NCBI GenBank assembly: GCA_002633005.1 | Contig: NMRA01000031.1 | Location: 657,185-721,184 of the forward strand | Source of the DNA: Phoronis australis | Lineage: Eukaryota; Animalia; Phoronida | Direction: 5' to 3' | DNA: 64,000 nucleotides | In this document: positions 38,346 to 50,988 of the stretch, piece after piece | Layout: the number at the start of each line of letters is the position of its first letter | How positions within the stretch are numbered: position 1 is the first letter of the stretch | Notes under the pieces: generated by a model | What the model was told of the DNA's origin: nothing | Seen by the model: the letters and a program-made list of their open reading frames with translations, nothing else | The model's database searches: none | Made by a program: the position numbers and the translations under genes

Positions 38346-40902
38346 GGAGATAAGTTTTTGAGTAATGATTAAATATGCACTCTAATCTCTATCCTCACTA
38401 ACTGGCGAACGGAATTTTGACGGGAAAATTTACATACATTTTATGCTCTAAATTTTACATTTGAAATAACTGAAACTTGACGTTAATTGTAATGCTTTGA
38501 CAACGCAGCACAACGGGAATGCGCTCGTTCTTATAACATTCCTCTGTGCAAACAAATTCACGCATAACCTGATTGCAACACGAGTGCACGCATTTTTATT
38601 CATATTTCGCCGAATAGCGTGGTTTCCGTTATTGAGATTTTGATAGGATTTGTAGTCCCAGCAATTAGCAATTCTTAACGCTAGAGGATCGTATAAGAAA
38701 TCAAAATATGTTGGTGAACAATAACAATGCACTTGACCTCCCTAATACACCGTGACAAGTACGTTTTCTTTATTTTAGGTGAATTTGAACTTCGACCTTT
38801 GACTTGCCCTTTAGTTTCGTTAACCGTGAAGTAACACCAATAGACTCTACGTCCCAAAAACACCTGGAACGATGTATGCCATCAAGTTCCAATAACCAAG
38901 ATTGGCCATAATTGGCCTCCGCCATCTTCATGTTTTTCACGCACTGGACATGTCATTTGTTATTTTAAGAAATATGTCCCACAGTGCATTGCACAGCTTA
39001 CGTTTGAATTCTTGTATCTTACAAGCAATTATTGTGGCAGGGTAAATAGAAATGTAATTGAACACGTGATAGGACAATAATGACTGATTATTCTGTAAAA
39101 CATGTGCACCTGATTACTGAAAATATACACTAGGCTTCCTTGGTGCTCATTGGCTGAACTCATTTCATAGCCTACAACGGTGTGATGTTTCTTTGAAACG
39201 ATGGCTTAGCTAACATTTACGCATTACGCGCTTGCGTACTAGAAAGGGCAGGTGGTTATAAAATGAAGAGCATGCGATGTAAATTATCGTCTAAATCAAC
39301 TGCGCGTTATCCACTGACTCGCATCGACGCGTACGTCGTGCGACCCTGTGAAAGTTAATGAGAATAAATAATTCATAACCAAGTGCGATGTCTTTTAATT
39401 AATTGAGACAACTTTGTGGAAAATTAAGAGAAATTGAGAGAAAAGTGTGAAAGGATGTTCGCCGCGGGGATTCCGACACTAATTAGCAGGATTCAATGAA
39501 TATCGGTCACCTCATCCCGGCGGATGACTTAATATCTAATTTCAAAGTTAATTGGAGTATGAAAGTTGTCTACTATTTTCTCTCATTCCGAAACAGCAAT
39601 TTGCCTCTTCTCCAAAGGGAACCATTAACCCATCTGAGCGCGCACAGATCTGTACTTCAGTGTAGGCCTCCGTCATTCTGAAGTGGAAATCGGAACGAAT
39701 GAAGAAAGTAAAGGAAATTGATGCTTACCGCGAGAAAACATAATTTGCAGGGTTCGATGGATTTCCATCCCTTTCTTTGTTCGCGAGATGTTGTTTGCTA
39801 TGCTGTTAATGCCAGAGAATCACTTCATTAGAACAACATGTGCGTCTTAATTACGAGCCAGCATTAATCCTCCTGGCACAGTTCAGTGTCGTTTGAACAT
39901 GCTTTAGTTAGACTTGTGATTAAACCCGACAGAAATCTAGTTGTCAGTTTTCCTAATTCCGTCTCTCTGTTACATACATGCAATCCTGGCACCCACTTTA
40001 CCGTGTCCGTGGTTTTACGTGCATGCAGGCATTGAAAATTCATCGTGTTCCAGCTATTGGACAATAAGTATATGATAATGTTGGATAAATGAACTGTGCG
40101 AAACAATGTAAAATGACTTATTTTGTAAAAGACAGCTGCACATCAACACCCTGTGTTTCATCATTTCTGACTTCTTAATACTAAAGTGTTATTTGACAAA
40201 CTCGGGTTCATTTAGTTTACCAGCCAACAGACATATTTACCAATAAAAAAGAGAGTAGGTGGTCCACTCTTGCAGTTCACGTTGGGTACTTACATGGGCT
40301 AATAGTCTGCAGTTTTTTCCTAATCTACACAACTCGTATACTTGATAAAAGTTATTCGTGGGAACGGACCAAATTCAATCACGTAAACTCTTTTCCTCTG
40401 TCGCCACAAATTTCAGTAGACGTGTTAAAATAAAACTCAAAACGCCTTCCGAAGCAATCACTTTCGATCCCGGTCGTCACCATCTTTGCACCTGCTACTT
40501 CTCACTAACGTTTTCCCCAGACGCTGCAAACCTGAAGCTCGCAGGGAGCACGAGATATCCGATCACCTACTACCCTGAGGTTTAATATTTACTTCGGACA
40601 CTTTCGAATTGGAAGTCTTGTTTTGCGTTTAGGTCGTGGATATGATAAGAATCGTGATGAGTTTACAGAGCTAGGATCAGAGTTATGGTTTGGAGTAGCA
40701 GCGTTTGAAACGTGTTTCAATGACGTCACAAGGGAGTGCAGTTGTTGGGAAAATTCACCTTCTTGCTCACACTTCCCCATGCATCGTGAAGAGCAATTGA
40801 CCTATCGCCAGGATTTTGAGTGATGGCTTTACTGACCAATTAGAACGCAGCATTCTTGACACACCTTCGTTTCGAAGCCGCCATTTTACCCGACAAACAA
40901 CC

Positions 40903-41056
40903 GGCCTCTCGTTCAGTAACGCTAGGACCTCGCTAAAGAGCAAGACTTCGCGAGATTACGTGAGATATTGCCGTGCATTTCAAATGAGAACACGTGATTT
41001 TGACTAGGTTTTAGCTAGGTCCTAGCGTAGGTCCTAGCGTCTACTGAACGCACGCC
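40903..41056 (+). mobile_element. MITE family A, copy 3
   Basis: Matches copy 1 over about 155 bp with few substitutions. Confidence 0.85.
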
Positions 41057-44000
41057 GGGTAAAACTTATTGTTTTCTTGTCGACATTTTGCAAGGGGTGG
41101 AGCTTACGATAGGTCAACTGCCGTTACCTAGAAGTTATGAAATGCTTTCGGGCTGTCAACAGTTTGTTTCCAAGGGAATAATAATCTTGTTTCTGTTACC
41201 CTAGCCGAACATGCGGGTTAAATGAATGAAACAAAGAAATGTGAGCGGCTGCATTGGCTATGTAGCTTTGTGAACATGACACAGTAAATATTGGATAACT
41301 GACTGTATGACAGACACTGCCATAAAGATATTGGATGGATTTGAAAACGACTGTAGTCGTCACTCATTATGATAAAAAACAGGAATTCTTCGAGCTTGTG
41401 GAATTTTTCCCAAAACCATGGAATGTGTCAGGAATATGCAGCCTCAAGAAAAACATTTTAAACTAAAACACACTCGTTTGCTAATTAGTGAATGATAAAT
41501 ATTGAAGGAAGCGCACTTGAACTTTAACGCATCAAAACCTACTAATTAAGATATCTTGCCCGTCAAAGCAGCGCAACCATTGGTGCTAATCAACCTCTTT
41601 TACAAACTTGATCTTCGTCTGCGAGCCTCGGCGTGATGTGAAATCGTGAAAATCGTAAGTTAGTTTGTCTTGTCCTGTAACAGAAATTGTAAATAAGATC
41701 GATGACAATTTTCAAATCTCGTCGTTTTGTTGGGTAACAGCATGACGTAATGGCCTATGTATAACGATGAAACACGTGCTTGGGTGTACTTAGTACCGAC
41801 CGTATGAGCACCCGCGGAGCAGTCTATCGATTTTGGAATGTGTTTTCCTCTGCAGTCTTGAAGCATCTGCCTAGAGTGTTTCGCATACCCCGGGCTCCTG
41901 CCTGGCCATTTTTATGTTGCAGATTCTTAGTCCGACTTAGAGCCACGTTCCTGGTATCAGAATTACTCACTATCTGTGCTCGCACCCTATCGTAGGGTTA
42001 GTCTGGATATTTTGATCCCACTGTAAAATTATCTTTGAATTTTCCAGGGATATTTTTGTTGCCCAAAACTAAGTGCGCCCATACGTAACATTCACTCATT
42101 GCACTGTCAAGAGCTGTACATGGCGTTAGACTTCACCTATATTAGGTCGGTATAGCTTTTATTGAAAAATGAACGTGATTATCTGGTCAAAAAACGTAAC
42201 AACGTCTAAATTGTGACAGGTGAAGAAAGAGTAAGACACTTCTCTACAGTTAGGAGGAACAAATGTGTGCATTTGGGACCGATATACTTTCGAAGTGCAG
42301 TGTGGACTGCTTCCAATCTTGTTTGTATTTTTGAAGTTAAAAACCTTGGAACAGATAGTGAGTGTGCAGTTGATGTTTCAAATGAATACTATCAAATGTT
42401 GAGTTTGCACTATCCTAGGCGCATTTTAAGCGCATGCCCCCGTGTCCCTTATTAGGTAAAGCAAGGATTTTTTGGTAAAGTAATAGACTGAGTGGTTTCT
42501 TCAAGTATATATCCGGTTTAGTTGTTTGTTCTGTGCGTTGGTACTCTTACGTCACAAATAATCCACTGTCATCTACATATCTATCCATGTGGTATTAATG
42601 TAGACCTCTCTGTGGTTGTAGGGAGGTTCAACAAAGACGCTGTTTGAAATATATCGGAAATTAACGAAACATAACGGAAATTATTGAAATTGCTGAGGAC
42701 AAACGGATTGATTTTCTTACAGCAGCTGAAGGCTGATTGAGTTAGATTTGATTTTCTGCGAGTGTCACTGAGTCGGTATTGGAACACTGCAAGAAACCCG
42801 AGTTTCCGCATGCTAACGGCAGTGTATAGGGGCTTGTTCCAGTTGACTTCTGGTTTAATGTATCATACGCGCGGGTAAGAGAAACACTAAACAGGCGGCG
42901 CACCCAACAAAAAGTTGTTTGGGGAAAAAAGATAAATTTGCATGAACGCATAGACAGAGACGATATGCATGAACGTAGGGCTTATGTCATGCTAGCATAG
43001 TAAAGAAATTGAGCGTATTTGACAAGAAAGTGATCACCTGCTCAACAGAATTTGACCCGAATGCTCCAGTAAATTGAGAAATTTTAAAAATGTATGATTT
43101 GATACCGGCGCACGCTAGACTAGACACGTAGGCTGTCTAATACCGAAATGGGCTACGGATAGAAATGTAGAGCACAGGTTTGCCTACACTGGCCTGAGTA
43201 TGGCCAAAAGTTGTAATTGGTTATGGTCTGCTGCCAACTCATTTTGGAACTTGCGCCTCACTGTTTAAAGGAAAAAAGATTCTGACCCATTACTGTCTGA
43301 TAAATTTCTTTAGTATCGGTTGATAAATTATTTTGATAGTACAAGTCGAAAAGCGAAGTTTTTGGTACTCAAGAGTACGCGCATGCGTAGTACAAACACT
43401 CATGCCCCCGTACATCGATAGATTAGAATCCATGTACTATAATATCTTTCCATTAAGATATTTTTAACGTCATTGTGTATGTCGCTACATATGTTAGTTT
43501 GTATTCAAATGATTGATAGCCTATGAACGTAAAGTGACACTACTGACAACAATAGTGCGTATTAATTAGACCACCCCCACGACAAATTCAAACTCATGAA
43601 CTCAGCGGACGCAGTCCGACGGTATGCTGGTATAGCTAAACTCCAATGCGGCACGTAACCGACTACTTAAAACATATTCAGCTGATACGGTCACCGGTCG
43701 GGCCTCGCTTTCAATTAATTCTAAAGGAATGAGAAGAAAACAACGTAGCGTATCGGCGATTTCTACACATAGGATTTTGTTGTTCCATAGCCCTGGTCAT
43801 ACAAATTGTTAATAATGATTTCAAGAATTCTTTCCGCCAGTAATCCCAAAAAACGTTTTTCGGACCCAAGACCGATTGTCCCCTTTTAACAAAATCGAGG
43901 TGCTCACATTTTGTCATGTCTAATTGTGCATCAAAATTTGTATATTTTCTCTACTTTCAGTTATACACACAAATGGACAAAAAGAATAAATGAATATCGG

Positions 44001-46318
44001 ATGCAAAAACGAAGTAAAAAAACATGTCAATTACGTGCACGATAACCTGCTCAGAATATGCATCAGGAGAAAAAGGTTTGTTTTCCGACTGGGTCTTGTT
44101 TGGTGGGAGAAATAGGAATTCAGGGGTTTTGTTTTATCGTAAATTACATTACTTAATTGAATATCTGATATGACATCCACCACTGAGCAATCGCAAAAAT
44201 TATACCATCATACTCTTGCAACGACTTCCGATTAATGATAGACTGTGCTGGAACAACCGGTAAATGATTCGTTCTCAGTACTTATGGCCTCTGGAAGCAT
44301 AGGGATCGATTAGCGGTAATGAAAAGTAGAAGTATATCGTTGCAACCTGGACGATAATTTAATGTGTATGCTCTAATCAGCGATTTTCAAAAATCTAACT
44401 TTTCTTATGTCACAAGTCATTGACAGAACTAATGCGCTAAGTTAGCTATCATTTACTTTATTAATTTACAAATTTACGCGGTCACGTGACGATTTCTGTA
44501 CACTGTAACACGAATATACAAGCACAAATATACAAAAATTTCGCTACGAAGTGCAATAACCAGCGAATTTAAGGTTTTGTGGTACCATTTTTCGTTGACC
44601 TAAATATGTATGTGATTAAAATGTTATTATATTTTTTTAACGTCAGAATACAATACACGTACCGATTGAAGCTTCGTGTTCTATCGCCGTGATGTTGATT
44701 TTCTCAACGACTTAGCAAAAAGAAACAATAATGCCCTCGAACATAACCCCATTTTCTTGTTTTGTTTTAACAAACACATCTTGTCAGATGACTCATGTTT
44801 TGGAAACTGGCTTAAAGTTTAGCAGGAAACACGGTAGTAGTCAGATCATTTGCGTTTTGTGCCAGCAAAAACGGGCCAGAAGGTGGCACTGCGAACACTT
44901 GGTTGTTACCCGGATGACGCGAAACACGGCGTAACAGCATTTGCGTTTTGAGTCATACCCTTAATTTCTTTCCTCAGATTTATTTCGAGCTTCTTTTGCG
45001 GGGAATTTCGCGGCCGTGTTTTGCAGTCAATTTGCCTGGAGGCGTCATGTACATTTTACACTGGCAAATAGTCTGTGCGGTTATCACGGATTTCGGGTTA
45101 TAGTGAACCACATTGAGCTAATTTAGAGACTCATAAACAAACAAAAACAACCTACTATGACGTAGAGGTATCAGCTCCCAGAAATAGGGTATTCTAACAG
45201 GTGACGAAACAGGAGGTGACACCCAGTTGGATATAGCATGACGTAAAAAAGACTGCCTTTTCCGATTCAGTTTCCTAAGAAACTGCCCGCTTCAAGATCT
45301 AGGAATTCTACAAAATTTTATGCATTTGCAACAAAAAACTACTGTCGGGTGTCTTGTTTTATGTAAGTTAGTAGGTTATACCCACACTCTAAAGGTTGTA
45401 TATTCAATTTTAGCTCGTTAAATAAGCATTTTGTGAGTGTTCAAGCCACTACAAAAGAAATGTTTTAAAGGGATTTTTTTCACTGAAACTCTCCTCACTT
45501 GTTCTCTTTTATTAGTGATAACTCTCTAATTTATATTTTTTATTTTGTTGACTCTCTAAAAAGGAAGGTATCATAAGCCTGGTGCACACCTTTTCAAAAA
45601 TATGATCGAGTACTGACCAGCTAGGTTCCTTCGTAGCCCCCTCAAGTGTCCATAGTAGTAAAGCCATTCCGTAAGGTTAATGTAAGAGGATGAGAGATTC
45701 AAAAGATATTTCTGACACAAGAGAGTCAGCTAATGGAGTTATCCTTGCCAACCCGTTTGTTGACCCCAAGAGTTCTCTTCCTACCTCATACGGGTAGGGC
45801 TGAGGATGCCGCCGAACACTGACGACCCAAGACAAACGCAATATCTGGGCAGCGCCGGGAGATTGGATAGCCAAGACAATACCAGGAAATGAGAAACCCT
45901 TACCGAGACTAAACCGACCACTTTCACCGCCGCTCCCCCCACCCGCCAGCCTCTTGATCGCCATCGTCTTTCGCTTACCCATCCTGTGACACAATGGTAA
46001 TGGCGCCACTACGCAAAAGTACCTGCCTGAGATAATACCTAAGAAATAGAGGCACAGTAGGGTCACGGTTCCTGTGGGAGGATCCCACGGGTATTTCGCG
46101 CGCCTTGATGGTGTCGTCCAGAGGTGCATTCAAGAACAGAAGCGATAAAGCAATAAAATGCATCACTATCCCTTTCGACCAAAAACCATGACCACAAAAT
46201 GCAGATAATGTGATGCTGTTACCCCCCCCCCCCCNAACCATTTTGGTCACAATGGATCTGGCAGCGTTTATTTTGTGTTGAACGTAAACAAGGTTACAAC
46301 ACATGTGATTGCACACCA

Positions 46319-46738
46319 CTGTCCGGTTGCATAAAATAGAGACTCAACTAAGTTCCCTAAATCTACTGCGTATGTGTGGATTTGGGAAAATGATTGTTCT
46401 TTCTTAAGCTGTTTCAGTCTTATTACATAGTCAATTTATGAATTTGATACAAATTGAGAGTAAATTCTATGCTGAATTTTCGATATTATTGAAAATAAGG
46501 AGATATCTTTTAATGTAACGCCCCTAATTTAAGGACTAAGTCCCTAATTATTACAACTCAATTAAGGGCTTAGTTTTTAATTATAGCATAAAAAATGTCA
46601 TTTGTCAAAGAGGAGCTCATAATAACGACAAAATGATAGGAAAATAGAACCTCTATGAGTAAAGAACGAAACAAATATGAAACGGATTTAGGGAACTTAG
46701 TTGAGTCCCTATTTGGGGCTGTTTCATGCAACCAGGCA
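46319..46738. mobile_element. MITE with long imperfect TIRs
   Basis: GGTTGCATAAAA..GACTCAACTAAGTTCCCTAAATC at the left is mirrored by GATTTAGGGAACTTAGTTGAGTC..TTTCATGCAACC at the right. Confidence 0.75.
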
Positions 46739-47289
46739 CACGTTCCCTGTAAAAGTCAAACAAAAAATTGCAAATATAGAATGCCTTTTTGTTTGTCGTC
46801 AGCCACAGAAACGAAATAATGTTAAGTACACGCACCACTGAGACCAAATTTCTTTTAATCTAAACTTGAGATTTTAAATTTATAAACTTAATTTAATCGA
46901 AAGCATATTCTGGCATTGAAATACTCCCCATGAAGATATCTGGGAGGAAATTGTTTAAATATATTAAAATATTCTAATAAACTCTCAATGTAATATAGGA
47001 TTGGTCTGTGCTTGCAACCTACAGTATGTGACCATTCATCTCTTAACGATTGTTATGATTTCAGCTATAGGCAGCTCCAATTTTAACGATTGTAATTGGT
47101 AAGCGATTATTTAATTTCGAACCATAACTACCATGTGTGATGCGATGTTTCTGGTAACTATGAATTAATCATGCATAAAGTTAGCCTTGTTCCGACGGCC
47201 AGCACAACCTAGGCCAGTCCCTACTAAAAACTATTAAATCCGATTTTGGCCAAATCATAGAATTTAGAAAGAAGTTTAAAATTCAGTAT

Positions 47290-47740
47290 GTAGGGTTTCT
47301 TGCTCAACGATTTGCTTTAATCGCTAAAGCATTACCAAGACGATAAACCAATGTACACTCAATAGTATCTAACCGAACAAACAACGAGTACACTCAAACA
47401 CACCAAACTACCATAGATTCAAGGCAACAGAGCTCTGCTGCTGATTGAATGAATGGGCAGCTTTGTTAGCCTGAATGGCCAATGACTCTTTAATGCAGAG
47501 CTTATCTTACGCTGGCGAAACTCTATTAATGAGTCTTTGGCCATTCAGGCTAACAAAGCTGCTCATTCACTCACTCAGCAGCAGAGCACTGTTGCCTTGA
47601 ATCTACGGTAGTTTGCTGTGTTGGAGTATACTCGTTGTTTGTTCAGTTGGTTTGGTGTTTGATATTGTTGAGTGTATATTGGTTTATTGTCTTGGTAATG
47701 CTTTAGCGATTAAAGCGAAACGTTTAACATGAAAATCTAC
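47290..47740. mobile_element. Head-to-head inverted pair of PLE 3' ends forming a long imperfect palindrome
   Basis: Arms about 47290-47500 and 47521-47740. Left arm (minus) reads DKLCIKESLAIQANKAAHSFNQQQSSVALNLW*, right arm (plus) SINESLAIQANKAAHSLTQQQSTVALNLR*, resembling a Penelope/Poseidon-type GIY-YIG C-terminus. Each arm is followed by a hammerhead-like motif. Confidence 0.82.
47688..47729 (+). ncRNA. Degenerate minimal hammerhead motif
   Basis: TGTC-TTGGTAA-t-GCTTTA(gcgat)TAAAGC-GAAA-CGTT: 6-bp stem II, GAAA, palindromic AACGTT. The core has G at A6 and the cleavage triplet is GTT, so it is probably inactive. Confidence 0.45.
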
Positions 47741-50721
47741 GTAGTTGCGATGATTTTTAAATTTCTTAGTAAGAACGAGTCTGAGATAAAGTGTGATTAT
47801 TTGCTGCCCATTGGATACTTCCAGGTACAACGTAAACATGGCCGTCATAAAAAGAAAAATTAACTTTAATGTACTTTTATTTTTCAATGCCCAGAATGGT
47901 ATATTTGGTGAATTCACTGTCATGGTGTGGACAGGCTTGAGACATATTTTAAGTGGTCAAATAACATAGTATGTAATTTCAGGTGGTCTAATGAAGAAGT
48001 ACCCTTTAAAAGTATACTTAGCTCTATGTTGGCGGGTTCACCGCAAGCTGGTTCTGTCACCTCCCCAGAGCTATAAAAACGTTATTCAACCAAACCACTT
48101 TCCCATTGTATTATATATTGGACACTTTGCTTTGAAATAGGCGAGCTTTTCACACAGTCGTCGTTTAACTCGCCTAAAACGCTTGTCGCTTTAGTAGAAT
48201 TTGTATGGAGTTTAAAACTTGCTCAAAACTTTTGAGGATTGACAACATGAACAGAGCATTATTATATTTTTAAAATTTGAATGAAGAAGTTTGAGTTAAT
48301 ATCTGTTATTCAAGGCCACCAAACTGGGTTTACTAACTCCCTAAGTTACTCAGGAAAGTACATATTTTCTCCGGACACACAATTCGAAAGCTTTCTTGTT
48401 CGATAGAGCAATCAAGGTTTGTTTCTTTAAAAGTTTTACTAACTGAATCACGGATGTCACCATGTTTTTTTCAGAAGTTCGTTTTACAAAAATCATTAAC
48501 CTGTCGCTTGAATCAAAGCCCCGTTTAGATAAATGTATAACCACGTATCACCTTCTGGTATACGTAATTGTAATCTGCTTCAGTTTTAGTTTAAAGTGAC
48601 ACAAAAGCCGGTTTTGATGATCAAGCTCAAATCTGGTCCTGCCGCCTGATATTGCATAAGTAACGTTTCCTCTGAGAGATACAAAACACAGTCGCCTAAA
48701 ATACCTCCTCATTGTTGACGCCTTGGTTCGTTGTGAGCGGTCTTCCCACACAGGTGGATTAAATTTCCTCGAACGTTAGTCACACATCTACCAGTTATCA
48801 AAACATGCCGTTTTAGAGATGATGTTGAAATTTTTGGTAGAGTCAACCTAGATTTGCCAGTACAAAGCTTTAAGTAACATAGATGCTGTTAATATTCGCT
48901 AGTGAGCATTGACTAAACAAGGGTTTGACATCCTTTTAAATGAATCAATTTTCTATTCTCTGGTCTGCCGTTTAGCTACCTCCTGCAAGGCCTCAGTTAC
49001 TAAATTAACAAATAAATACAAATATTGTCGACTAGTGACAACGTTACACCGTGACATGGCTGAATCCTGTGTCGGTTTTTAGGAAGGCATCATCCTTTTT
49101 GAATGTCACACGTAACGCAGCAAAGCTACTCTGTTTGTAACACTTTGTTTGTCATAACGTGTAATCCTAGTCTGTTAATAAATATTTCATTTTCCCTTGA
49201 TGATTTCCGCCGACATTATTACAAAACAGCCTCTTCCCTTTCTCAACACGTTTTGTGCGCCTTTGAAAATGTTGACAATTACTGACGATCCTTTAGAATG
49301 TGACAGTAAGCGAATACTCACTTTACTGTCTTATTAGGATCAAACCAAAAACCACTGATAGCCTGCAGGTAATCCAGTGCGGTTGGACATTTAATGGTTT
49401 AACTTCCCACTAGGTGTCGGGCTTTTTTATAACGACATAATTACCGAAAATTAGCGTTCGCTTGTAGTAAGGCCTAATGAAAATTTAAACCTCGGCATTT
49501 TCTTTGTTATCCAAGTTGTGCAGCTAGTCAATTTTTCCCACTAAGACGAAAACTAAGAGTACAGTTTAGATACAAACATTGATCCACTACTTGATATAGA
49601 GATAAACTTTTATCCAAATATTAATATTGTATATTTTCATTGCACGTTTATCCAATGCACTCGTGTGTTATTTGATCTATTGTGTATGTGATGTAAATTG
49701 CCGTGCAGCGCACCTGCTCAGCGTTTTTCATATCTAATCTTAATTAATTATGTGAAGAAAAGTTTCGTCTGTGTTTGCTTATTAAAGAAGCGGACGCGCA
49801 TCTCGAATAAGGAGCACCAAAGATGAATTTTTCGATATCGAGATAGTGACGTGTCCATGTGTGTGCGCACGATTAGCGATACACCCTTCAGCATAATGAG
49901 CTGTAGTCTTAAACACGAGAGATGATCGAAATCGCCAGTCATAGAAATGAGATCGCGGGTTGAGTGTCTGATGGTTGTTGTAGGCTTGTAATAATTTGAA
50001 ACGAGGTAAGCCAAGTTTTTTGCTGTTTTTAAACAAATAAGTGAAACGTTAACAATTAACTGTGTTGCTGAATATTTGCGAATATTTGAGTTTCAAAGTT
50101 GAAAGATACGTTTGCTGTTTGCTCCACTTTTGGTTCAGTAAAATTGTTTCATCTTGGTCACCGTGATGAAAACTTGAATTCATGTTTGTCATTTATTGTT
50201 CTTAGTGACTGTTAAAGTTACGTTTGGAAAGAAGCAAGTGCAGGTAATGCTTCGCATGAACTTAATATGTATATAAAGTTGACCGCAACATAATGTATGA
50301 GACCCCGATAGACAATGAATTAAGGTGTTTACCTGAGTAAACAACAGTGCATCTGTATCCTGAAACCATTTCGAGATAGTGAAACCCGTCTCAAACGAGT
50401 TTTCTAGTTGTCTGTTACCATCGATGTACAGTATTAAACTTACATGTGTTTTCCACCAATCAGAGACAATCATAGAAACACTCGGAATAGCTTGTATGTT
50501 TTTCGTGGAATAAGGTATATGTTATGGAGTCTTTCAATACACTTCTTTAAATTCTAGAAAGAATATCTGCTTTGTCAAAGGTCAATATAACTTCCGTAAG
50601 TCGGCTGTTGACCCTATGTTCACTCACAACGATCGTCTTCAAGCGACACTTTAAGGAACTACTTTACAGCGAAAATCTAAGATACATTGGTCTAAACTGC
50701 GACAAAACCTGCTTTATTTAA

Positions 50722-50988
50722 TGGGACATTATAGGCGAGACGAGCCTCAGCGTGCAATCGAACGTTCAATACAGACGCTGGCAAGCTGAAGCTCTATTGT
50801 TCGTGCGAACAGATTGCACAGTGTTTTTTAAATACGCTTAAAAGCTTATTAAACTCGTAAAGTTTGTTATAAATCAAAAAATACAACGGGTTTTGTTGTT
50901 TTAAACCCTGATCAAAGCAAATAAGTGCAAGTAGTCTATTCTATCCAGCAATAACCACAAAAACGTGTTATTTTGCCCTCATGTCCCT
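50722..50988. mobile_element. Non-autonomous Kolobok-type MITE
   Basis: TTAA flanks (50718-50721 and 50989-50992); termini GGGACAT..GGCGAGA / TTTTGCCCTCATGTCCCT. A diverged relative starts at 61353. Confidence 0.65.

Noticed and set aside
45815-45855. Hammerhead at CTGACGA-CCCA..TGGG
   Set aside because: No GAAA after the putative stem II.
48350-48760. Adjacent minus-strand ORFs as a gene
   Set aside because: No recognisable motif or splice structure.
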